Origin: an uncultured virus (IMG/VR IMGVR_UViG_3300001041_000010)
Lineage: Duplodnaviria > Heunggongvirae > Uroviricota > Caudoviricetes
Length of the DNA: 55,365 bases
Direction: 5' to 3' (one strand)
IMG/VR virus record: IMGVR_UViG_3300001041_000010
Shown in pieces: positions 30,021 to 37,228 of the stretch (the first letter of the stretch is position 1; every line of letters starts with the position of its first letter). The notes beneath the pieces were generated by a model that searched no databases, was not told the origin of the DNA, and saw only the letters and a list, made by a program, of their open reading frames with translations. Made by a program: the position numbers and the translations under genes.

Positions 30021-30133
30021 TGAGGGTTTGATGGTATCGAACCATCAAGGTTAACCAAACGGCATAAACTTCCCCGCTCTCGGCAGACTTGAACTGCGTA
30101 GACCTAACGTATCCTGGCACCTGCCAACCCTCA
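30021..30133 (-). ncRNA. tRNA-like RNA with two T-arm-like hairpins and a GGAAGUUUAUG loop
   Basis: UGAGGGUU/AACCCUCA closing stem; GCAG-UUCAAGU-CUGC and GAUGG-UUCGAUA-CCAUC hairpins. Confidence 0.7.
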
Positions 30134-30141
30134 TGTAGTTA

Positions 30142-30360
30142 TTATAGAGCTTTTTCTGGCGCTTTAAGCCAAACTTCTTGAACATTACCAGAGGCTCCAC
30201 AGGCAAGACAAGTAATTGAATAATTATCAGTTTTACTATTCTTACCGTCTTTTTGTACTAGTCCGTGATATTTTGTTTTAGGACTCGCACAAAAAGGACA
30301 ATAAAGTATCGTTGCCTTAAGTGTATTTTTAGCAAAGATCTTAAGTAGATTTCGCATCAT
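30142..30360 (-). CDS. small zinc-ribbon protein
   Basis: CPFC..CLAC. Confidence 0.6.
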   Translation of the reverse strand: MMRNLLKIFAKNTLKATILYCPFCASPKTKYHGLVQKDGKNSKTDNYSITCLACGASGNVQEVWLKAPEKAL

Positions 30361-30365
30361 ACAAA

Positions 30366-30665
30366 TCACTCCTCGTCTACGTATCTCTTACGAAGTGATA
30401 TAGGTTTATTCCAAACTGAATCTGGCTCATCATCATCGTCATCTTGTTCAAAGCTTAAGACGAATGTAATACCAGCTTTGAGTAAGAAAATACCGATTAA
30501 GACACCTGGAACTAATAAGAATAGAAGATGCTTGACCTTAATAACATTCTTGAATAAATCAAGAATGTTATCAGGATTTAAAGCATCTTCCACCATCATC
30601 CAAATGCCTGCAACAATAGTTATGATCAGTAGTATGATGTTAATAATTATACCGGCTGTAATCAT
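30366..30665 (-). CDS. two-TM membrane protein
   Basis: Two hydrophobic helices, acidic tail. Confidence 0.65.
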   Translation of the reverse strand: MITAGIIINIILLIITIVAGIWMMVEDALNPDNILDLFKNVIKVKHLLFLLVPGVLIGIFLLKAGITFVLSFEQDDDDDEPDSVWNKPISLRKRYVDEE

Positions 30666-30687
30666 TGATAACCTCCTTGGATTTAAT

Positions 30688-30855
30688 TGGGGTGATCGAC
30701 GAGAATTGAACTCGCAACTCTGCCACAGGTCTTCTTAAAGTACGTATTGCTTTCACAACCGTCATGTCAAGCCATGTTAGGTAGCGATCCTATCACGTTC
30801 CTCCTGACTATCAGCTTTCTGCAAGACAGCTTCTACCGATTGAAATACGATCACC
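30688..30855 (-). ncRNA. tRNA-like RNA (His-type G-1:C73 acceptor, CCA) with ~100-nt insert replacing the anticodon loop
   Basis: GGUGAUCG/CGAUCACC-CCA; D arm; CUGUC/GGCAG stem; T arm GCGAG-UUCAAUU-CUCGU. Confidence 0.75.
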
Positions 30856-30862
30856 ATGTTAA

Positions 30863-31117
30863 TTAACGAATTAGTGAATCTTCAACGCGTTTTCCTTCGC
30901 AATGAAACGCCAGAACAATCTTTTGTAGTTCCGGGCGTTTTTCTGGATGTTTTTCCATAATTTCAGCAACTAATTTAGGAATGTCGTTTTCCTTAGAGAA
31001 TTCCATGAGCGCATTTTGAAACTCTTTAATAGTACTCATAGTTTGCCGGTTTACTTCGGCAATTGCTACTCCCTTATTGATAATATCATCAAGTTCAGCC
31101 ATTAGATTACGATCCAT
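30863..31117 (-). CDS. hypothetical protein
   Basis: GAGGAGG RBS. Confidence 0.65.
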   Translation of the reverse strand: MDRNLMAELDDIINKGVAIAEVNRQTMSTIKEFQNALMEFSKENDIPKLVAEIMEKHPEKRPELQKIVLAFHCEGKRVEDSLIR

Positions 31118-31450
31118 GTTTATTCCTCCTCTCTATTCATTTTTCGGATTACTTCCTCTTTACTAAGAAAGCGACCCTTCTTCATATCATAGACACTAGG
31201 ATAATCGCCTATGAGTTCTCTCACAAATTCAGGAAATATTTCGGCTTCAGCTTGCTCGTCTTTAATCATGATGTTCCAACTTTACATACGTTGAACACGT
31301 AATGTACTCAAAATAACCTGGGTCACCAGGCATAAGTATATGATTAGGTACAATTTCAAGAACGTTAGCACGACAGAAGCCACTGTAATTAAAATCACAC
31401 TTAACGATATCGCATTTAACGATCAATAAAATCATCTCCTTTAATTACGT

Positions 31451-31611
31451 CGGCAAGGGAAAGATTCGAACTTTCGAACATCACTCGTAGATAGTTTAGA
31501 GCTCAGTACCGGTTGCTGGGAAATAGTTTTGACGATCATAAACTTCCTCCGTCTAGACCTTTAACTATCGTATCCCTTGACTAGCGCCTTCAACCGCTCG
31601 GCCACCTCGCC
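31451..31611 (-). ncRNA. Ser-type tRNA body with large insert carrying the GGAAGUUUAUG loop
   Basis: GGCGAGGUGGCCGAGCGGUUGAAGGCG...GAAAG-UUCGAAU-CUUUC-CCUUGCC-G; no normal anticodon arm. Confidence 0.75.
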
Positions 31612-31626
31612 ATGAGAATAATAAGT

Positions 31627-31869
31627 TTAAGCTTTATGATACCTTTTGCCGTCCCTAGTTGCAATAGCTCTTCCAAGAGCTAACTCGTGACCTATCTTTT
31701 TATTGAAGACATCTTCAAAACAACATTTGGCAATCCCCTTAGAGCCGTCTGGCAAAATGACGACGGTTCTATTACCAGAGTAGATCACCTGAGCAAGAAC
31801 TGGAACATTGACTTCGACAAACTGAACCTCTGCTTCTTCAATACAATTAGCACCCGACGTGTTTCTCAT
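31627..31869 (-). CDS. small phage protein (GIAKC..EDVFNKKIG..LALGRA)
   Basis: GAGGAGG RBS; motif common in phage ORFs. Confidence 0.7.
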   Translation of the reverse strand: MRNTSGANCIEEAEVQFVEVNVPVLAQVIYSGNRTVVILPDGSKGIAKCCFEDVFNKKIGHELALGRAIATRDGKRYHKA

Positions 31870-31894
31870 AAATCCTTCCTCCTCTTAATTAATA

Positions 31895-32014
31895 TGGCAC
31901 CGAGGACGGGATTTGAACCCGCCTATTACGTTTACCGCTCCCCATAGAAGATTACATCTCTTTACAGCGGAGAGGCGCGCCGGATACGCTCCCTAACCAC
32001 TTGGGTACCTCGGT
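31895..32014 (-). ncRNA. tRNA-like RNA with extended anticodon arm
   Basis: ACCGAGG/CCUCGGU-G-CCA; T arm GCGGG-UUCAAAU-CCCGU; ~55-nt insert. Confidence 0.75.
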
Positions 32015-32142
32015 GATAATTGCTTGGAACGACTCACCATATCATATCGCTCCCGTCCCCTTCGCCACTTATCTCTACGTCTATTTTAGGGGCTTTCCAT
32101 CTAAAATTAATAGTTAAGATAAATCTTAACTAAAGATAACAA

Positions 32143-32216
32143 TGGCAGCCGTCTGAGAGAATTGAACTCTCCCTTCGCTATGAAGAGTAGCGCGTGCTTC
32201 CTTACACTATCCGGCC
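32143..32216 (-). tRNA. atypical tRNA, anticodon loop CUCUUCA (CUU, nominal Lys), mismatched acceptor stem
   Basis: CGCUA/UAGCG anticodon stem, GAGAG-UUCAAUU-CUCUC T arm, CCA end; C at position 37. Confidence 0.55.
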
Positions 32217-32220
32217 ATGA

Positions 32221-32294
32221 TGGATTCTGTTGCGAGAATCGAACTCGCCCTTCACTGCCTGGTAGCAGGGCGTGCGTCCGTACACCAATAGAAT
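32221..32294 (-). ncRNA. tRNA-like RNA with distorted anticodon arm
   Basis: GCGAG-UUCGAUU-CUCGC T arm, CCA end; CUGC-UACCAG-GCAG in place of a 7-nt loop. Confidence 0.6.
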
Positions 32295-32316
32295 CATGTA
32301 ATACGTTGAAATAATT

Positions 32317-32350
32317 TACATAGCGTCTCTCTTGAGAGACGCTATGTAAC
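32317..32350. terminator. long inverted repeat TTACATAGCGTCTC-TCTT-GAGAGACGCTATGTAA
   Basis: Near-perfect palindrome just after the coiled-coil gene. Confidence 0.55.
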
Positions 32351-32360
32351 GATTAAATCT

Positions 32361-33380
32361 TTACTTCTGAGTTTTATCTTTCACTAAGGCCTCAAGACTA
32401 TTAACCATTCGCGAATTGGCTTGAGATTCGATAGCTGCCGTAGCGGTTTCCTGAATTTTGCTATATGCAGTTTTCAAATCTTCATTTAGTCTCGTTAATT
32501 CGTCATTCGCTTTATTGAGCTGAGCCTCTAGCATGGCAACCTTATTTTCAAGTATCGTCTTTTCAGAAGTTGTCTTGGATTCGATTGCTCTCTTTTCAAA
32601 TCCGAAACTTGTTCCAGCTTTCTTTTCGCCTTCAGCTTCTCCAGCTTTTCTGGCAGCGTCAACTAATTGCGGAATTTCTTCCACTTTAGCCTTAAGGTCG
32701 TCAATCGTTTCTTCCCTTGTTGTTACCAGTTCAAGTCTTGTTTTGACTTCACTTTCAAGTTCCGATAACTGTTTTTCACGTACCTTTTTCTCATCTTCCC
32801 AATCGTTATCGTCAAGTTGCTTCTTCCTTGCGAAGTCGTACGTGTATTCTTCTTGATCCCTGGCACGTTTCCGTTTAACTTCTTCGTCTTGCAGATAGGT
32901 TTCATTCAAATGAGCAGCTTTTTCAGCCTTCAAATCAGCTTTTAATTGATCAAGTTCAGCCTGCATTCTTGCTTTGTCTTCATCGAAAGCAGCCTTAAAC
33001 TTATCTTTGGTTTCCCTATTTGCATTGACCAACGCAGTTAAGGCGAACGCTTCTTTTTCAATGTCAAACAGCTCTTTCAGTTCGGATTCTTTGAGGGCGA
33101 TTGCTTCTTGTAAATCATTGAATGTTTTAATTTCTTCCGTAAAACTATTCGCTAAATTACCAAGTATGCTGGCGACACTCTTCTGCAATTTTGCAATTTG
33201 GTCTTCAACATTAAGACCAACAGTTTCAGTGGCTTTAGTCAAAGTCTCTCCGGCTTTTTTCATGGACATTTCTTTGGCTGGATCAACTATGATACCTTCA
33301 CTAGCTTTTAACAATTCCAAGGCCTCGGAATAAGCAGATAAGATTTCCTTCTTCGTGTTGTTTTCGGTTACGATTTTCAT
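32361..33380 (-). CDS. long coiled-coil protein
   Basis: 339 aa, heptad-rich; motifs NTKKEILSAY and RDQEEYTYDF. Confidence 0.8.
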   Translation of the reverse strand: MKIVTENNTKKEILSAYSEALELLKASEGIIVDPAKEMSMKKAGETLTKATETVGLNVEDQIAKLQKSVASILGNLANSFTEEIKTFNDLQEAIALKESELKELFDIEKEAFALTALVNANRETKDKFKAAFDEDKARMQAELDQLKADLKAEKAAHLNETYLQDEEVKRKRARDQEEYTYDFARKKQLDDNDWEDEKKVREKQLSELESEVKTRLELVTTREETIDDLKAKVEEIPQLVDAARKAGEAEGEKKAGTSFGFEKRAIESKTTSEKTILENKVAMLEAQLNKANDELTRLNEDLKTAYSKIQETATAAIESQANSRMVNSLEALVKDKTQK

Positions 33381-33576
33381 TTCTTTTCCTCCTCATATTC
33401 TTTACAACTAGATAATATTTAATAAGCCATCAGGCTATATACAAAACGCCTCGAAGAGACGCTATGTAAGCAAATTAAGATCATATAGGCTTGAGTTATT
33501 TAAGCTCAACTTAGCTCATTGTCCTGCAATTACTACAGGCTACAGAGTACCTATATAATCAAAACTAACAAATGAT

Positions 33577-33660
33577 CGCGGAAGTGCAGAATTGAACTGC
33601 AAGAGTTTAATACTGATGTCTGACGCATCTAACATATTTCTCTGTCACCAAGACCTTCCA
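33577..33660 (-). ncRNA. degenerate tRNA-like RNA
   Basis: GGAAG/CUUCC stem; UGCAG-UUCAAUU-CUGCA T arm; enlarged central arm. Confidence 0.5.
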
Positions 33661-33666
33661 GATGAT

Positions 33667-33748
33667 TGGGCAGGGCAAAGGGATTCGAACCCCTGATAGC
33701 GATCATAAACTTCCTTCGCTCGTTTTAAACCACTAAACTATACCCCGC
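33667..33748 (-). ncRNA. tRNA-like RNA (G-1:C73, CCA) with 13-nt anticodon loop AGGAAGUUUAUGA
   Basis: AGCGA/UCGCU stem; AGGGG-UUCGAAU-CCCUU T arm. Confidence 0.8.
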
Positions 33749-33761
33749 ATGAGAATAATAT

Positions 33762-33957
33762 TGTAGCGGATAGAAGGGCTCGAACCCCCAACCGTATATA
33801 AGCTACTTATATGCTTTCGTCCGGACTAATCACATACTCCTCACTTATACAGTTAATCTCCAAAGAATTACTTTATTCATGTGATCAACATGGTTTATAT
33901 AACTCCGTAATTAACCGCTATCTCTCGATAGCCGCTCTACCATTGAGCTATATCCGC
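33762..33957 (-). ncRNA. tRNA-like RNA with ~130-nt multi-hairpin insert
   Basis: GCGGAUA/UAUCCGC; canonical D arm GCUC-AAUGGUA-GAGC; T arm; GAGA tetraloop instead of an anticodon loop. Confidence 0.75.
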
Positions 33958-33966
33958 AAAATTAGC

Positions 33967-34423
33967 TGGCGGACCCGACGGGGAGCCGCCCCCCGTGTCC
34001 AGAATGTCTACCCTTTGTCCCTGTTACTACTGAGAAATCTGAGTGTCTAACCTACTGGAATTGCAACCAGCGCTTATTAAACCCTCGCCTCCACCACCTG
34101 CATTATACGATGCAGGAAACATGCGTTAATAGACGGGACTCGAACCCGCACGGGACTTTCGTCTTCCACATTTGCATGCAGCCATAGTTAATTCTTTGAC
34201 CTCGCTTTATTTCAAGCGTGCGTATGCCAACTTCGCCACTATTAACTACCCAGTCTTCGACCTTCAGGAGTCGTTGGGTACTCTCCGTTTTAGGGCTGTA
34301 GTTCCTAATTAATTAAAATTAGGCAGCGTTTTTCATAGGTGTAGCATTTGCTTTAATGTCGTCTTTCCGACTGTCATCTCAGAGGACATACTCTATTCAC
34401 CCTGTCGAAACTAACTCGGGCCC
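33967..34423 (-). ncRNA. ssrA: tmRNA with tag peptide ANATPMKNAA* (34319-34351) and a nested tRNA-like element
   Basis: 5' GGGCCCG..UUUCGACAGGG; 3' CUGGACACGGG..CCCGUCGGGUCCGCCA with G3:U70; tag ends in AA. Confidence 0.85.
34124..34246 (-). ncRNA. Leu-type tRNA-like element nested within the tmRNA
   Basis: GUUAAUAG/CUAUUAAC stem; D arm UGGCGAAGUUGGCAUACGCAC; T arm GCGGG-UUCGAGU-CCCGU. Confidence 0.75.
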
Positions 34424-34536
34424 ATAATTCAGTGAGTTTCCTCACTAAGGAGAATACCAGATAAGGAGTGGGGTAATGACTCCTTAAACCATAAAGGGTA
34501 ATGGCTCTGATATTCTATTTAGTGAGGATATCATCA

Positions 34537-34755
34537 CTAAGATCGTCTAAACAATCTAGCAAACCATGATAACCTCTTAGGTTTAATAATTGGCACTGGA
34601 TAGACCTCTCTAGGAGAAGTTGCTATAAAATGACCACATCGTAAGCAACTCCATCCCGTTGGATGAAATACTTTACTATCGATAAGGATCGTGATGTTAT
34701 TTAGTGTCGCTTGGGTAAAAGAAGAGCATTCATTTGGACATTTCTCATTTACCAT
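34537..34755 (-). CDS. small zinc-ribbon protein
   Basis: CPNEC..CLRC. Confidence 0.55.
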   Translation of the reverse strand: MVNEKCPNECSSFTQATLNNITILIDSKVFHPTGWSCLRCGHFIATSPREVYPVPIIKPKRLSWFARLFRRS

Positions 34756-35150
34756 TTTTCAACATAAGTCTCGAATGTAAGTTCTATGAGATCATCATCA
34801 TGAGCCTTACAACGAAAGGCATACGTACGAGAACCGTATTCATCCTGTGATTCATACGATAAATCACCATATGTTCGATGATAATAGACAGCGCCCTTAC
34901 GGAACCAGCCGTTCTTTTTCTTGGCAGTGTTTATAATCAGCTCGATGGCTAAATCATTATTCTCTTCGATAGCGTTGATAATAGCTAGAGCTTCTGCACA
35001 CTGAGGGTGATAATTAGCTAATGGTAATTCTATATCACCTCCAGGATGATCGCTGTACTCTTCAGCAGCCTCAGCAATATGACTCTTAATTTCTTTAAAG
35101 TCAATTTCAACTTTGAAACGTTTGTTATCAACAATACGTTCGATTAACAC
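34749..35150 (-). CDS. hypothetical protein
   Basis: GTG start after AGGAGGTGG. Confidence 0.65.
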   Translation of the reverse strand: MLIERIVDNKRFKVEIDFKEIKSHIAEAAEEYSDHPGGDIELPLANYHPQCAEALAIINAIEENNDLAIELIINTAKKKNGWFRKGAVYYHRTYGDLSYESQDEYGSRTYAFRCKAHDDDLIELTFETYVEKW

Positions 35151-35299
35151 AAATCCACCTCCTAAGTTATTTAAGTTTTCTCCACCCTTCCCGAAAGGGA
35201 AGAAGGGTGGAGAAACCACTTGTGATCCATTTAAAGGCTAGTTGTAATCGCCACAATTAGCTATAAAGACGAACGCTAGTAGGCCAGCGTCTTGCACAA

Positions 35300-35606
35300 T
35301 AGGCGGCGTTTCAACCCGCTTCCCGCCGCAAGGGTTTCATATAAGCATCTTCCATCCACTTTAGCTCCATGTGGATCTTATTCGCATGCCCGTCGCGCCG
35401 GTAATTGTGCGCCGCGTGGCCTGGTGTTTCAACTCACTCTAACACCTGTGAGTTTATCTTCGGCTATTTTCAACCCTATTTCATCAGCCCTTCGGGTTAT
35501 GCGGTATGGTCTTGGCGTTTTCAACTACTCTCAACGCCTACGTAGTTCTCACATCATCTTCATTAAGCGTCTCAGCCCGTCTCACGCCTATATCAAATCG
35601 GGCTTA
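35300..35606 (-). ncRNA. tandem array of ~6 predicted H-type pseudoknots
   Basis: Each 32-41-nt unit has two interleaved stems, e.g. AACUCAC/GUGAGUU plus GGUGUU/AACACC. Confidence 0.7.
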
Positions 35607-36043
35607 TCCATAATAAATAACGATAATAGTACTACTCTAAATCTATAGGGCCGTAAGCTTCCTCCCATATAAATTATACCAACTGTAGTAATATTCTTAT
35701 AACATGTACTTAGCGTTCCCAGCTAAGCACCCTGGATCTAGAAATACTCCTAGATCACTACTATTAACTGGAATTTCATGATGTATTTAGCCTTGCAATA
35801 GCCTTATACTAGAATTTCCAGAAACGACCGCCTCCACATTACTAATCAAACTTAAGTCGAGGTACGTCCATTCCAGACACCCTTAAGCATGATAGCGATC
35901 GACATCCACTCCTGTACCGGAGGAGCTACATGTTACGTTTAGTGATTTATTACTTCACTAACCTCAACGCCAAGAATCATAAATATCAGATCGTCATCCG
36001 ATAGATCAATCCAGTGGCGCTGAAGTTAACAAAGTATCTATTA

Positions 36044-36070
36044 CTATTATATAACATTTTGTAACATAAA
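36044..36070 (-). promoter_or_regulatory. phage promoter (TGTTACAAAATGTTATATAAT) upstream of a non-coding RNA block
   Basis: Same motif as the other phage promoters; followed by ~850 nt without a credible ORF. Confidence 0.7.
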
Positions 36071-36154
36071 TACATTGTTTTGTTGGCGGCCCAATGACTA
36101 AGGGCCGCCAAATACTTACTAAACAGTTGCACTCTAAATTTATAAAATAGCAAT

Positions 36155-36223
36155 GATGCATTGCTGGACTCGAACCAGCACTCAACGCGTCAACGTCAGC
36201 TCTGCCAATTAAGCTATCTGCAT
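36155..36223 (-). ncRNA. pseudo-tRNA with shortened anticodon arm
   Basis: D arm GCUU-AAUUGGCA-GAGC; T arm GCUGG-UUCGAGU-CCAGC. Confidence 0.6.
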
Positions 36224-36229
36224 TTGAAT

Positions 36230-36300
36230 CATACAATACAAGGAGTCGAACCTTGTGCTCACCCTTACGGGGCAGCTCTACGCGTTAAGCTAATTGCATG
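36230..36300 (-). ncRNA. pseudo-tRNA with GUAA tetraloop instead of an anticodon loop
   Basis: AUGCAAU/AUUGUAU; CCC-GUAA-GGG; ACAAGG-UUCGACU-CCUUGU. Confidence 0.65.
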
Positions 36301-36354
36301 AAGTCTTATTTAAAACATAACACGTTACCTCCTGTAAGAATTTATTTAACCACA

Positions 36355-36647
36355 TGGAGTCCAGAGACTTACACTCTGGAATGTTTGGAGACTATTGCAA
36401 ATTCGTCTCACTGGTGTGTTTTAGATCGAAGGTCATAACTCTAAGTTCTGGTTCCGTGGCACACCACCCATTCACGGACCAAGATCGGAATACCTTTACG
36501 TGTATAGCTAACACACAACCGATACCTTTAACGTCTTTTAGTTATTATTAATTATCACAAGACATAAACTTCCTCTTGTGTGCTTAATCCCGACCATAGC
36601 CTATCATAAAGCCGATAATTAAATATAACTCGTATTCCGTCACTCCA
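36355..36647 (-). ncRNA. ~290-nt structured RNA with tRNA-like terminus and a GGAAGUUUAUG loop
   Basis: UGGAGU/ACUCCA closing stem; CCAGAG-UGUAAGU-CUCUGG T-like arm; CACAAGA-GGAAGUUUAUG-UCUUGUG hairpin. Confidence 0.6.
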
Positions 36648-36648
36648 T

Positions 36649-37228
36649 ATAACTTTACCATCGCTTTACTCTACTGTACCGCTACCCTACACCACTTCGC
36701 CTTGCCGTTACTCTACTCTACCATACCGTTACATTACCCCTCGTTGCGTTACCTTTGCACTACCCTGCTGTACCGTTGCACTACTTTTCCTTACCACAAC
36801 CGTACTTTACCACGCCTTGACGCGACTATACCCTACGCTACTTTACCATGACTGAACACTACCGCGCCTCGCCTTACCATAACATTACAGTACCATACCC
36901 TACTTTACCTTGACGCAACAGTATTCTACTTTACCTTTACACACACAGTACAATAATTCACAACACCATACCATGACGGAACACCACTAGGCTAGGCCTT
37001 ACCACTGCAATACCCTGCTTAACTTCACTCCACCGCAACTTTACCCTACCCTACTTCACCGCTACGCTACCTTACTTCGCCATTACGTTACCATGCTGTA
37101 CCATTACAGGACTGGGCTAGACTCTACCATAACATCACTTCGCTTTGCCTTACCGTGACTGAACCTAACCCTACAATCACGAGACAACACCGAGCCTCAC
37201 TTTGCCATAACCCCGCTCAACTATACCA
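36649..37228 (-). repeat. non-coding array of NGY-NN pentamers (candidate guide-RNA array)
   Basis: Near-strict 5-nt period (GGT/AGT/GGC/TGT/CGT plus a variable dinucleotide), with one extra base every 4-6 pentamers; starts right after the RAMP gene stop codon. Confidence 0.85.

Noticed and set aside
30021..30133. tRNA-Sec (selC) to serve the selenoprotein
   Set aside because: UUCAAGU sits in a T-loop-like hairpin, not a CU-UCA-AA anticodon loop, and the arm arrangement does not fit tRNA-Sec.
30688..33957. Group I introns in tRNA anticodon loops
   Set aside because: The inserts (55-130 nt) are too short, I see no P7 core, and removing them does not obviously restore canonical anticodon loops.
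34468..34480. 9-nt complementarity between the CAUUACCCC loop and GGGGUAAUG in the pentamer array (~36732-36740)
   Set aside because: Too short to distinguish from chance given the GGT-rich array.
35300..35606. CRISPR array suggested by repeated GTTTCAAC/GTTGAAAC
   Set aside because: Only 6-8 nt recur. There are no identical 25-40-nt repeats with regular spacers, and pseudoknot pairing explains the pattern better.
35292..35648. 118-aa plus-strand ORF, and similar ORFs at 33811, 36006, 36354, 44611 and 44739
   Set aside because: They overlap structured RNAs, mostly lack an RBS and have atypical composition.
36649..37228. Simple microsatellite, low-complexity coding region or canonical CRISPR array
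   Set aside because: No unit is repeated exactly, the ORF track shows no ORF of 60 aa or more, the period is 5 rather than 3, and there is no repeat-spacer structure.
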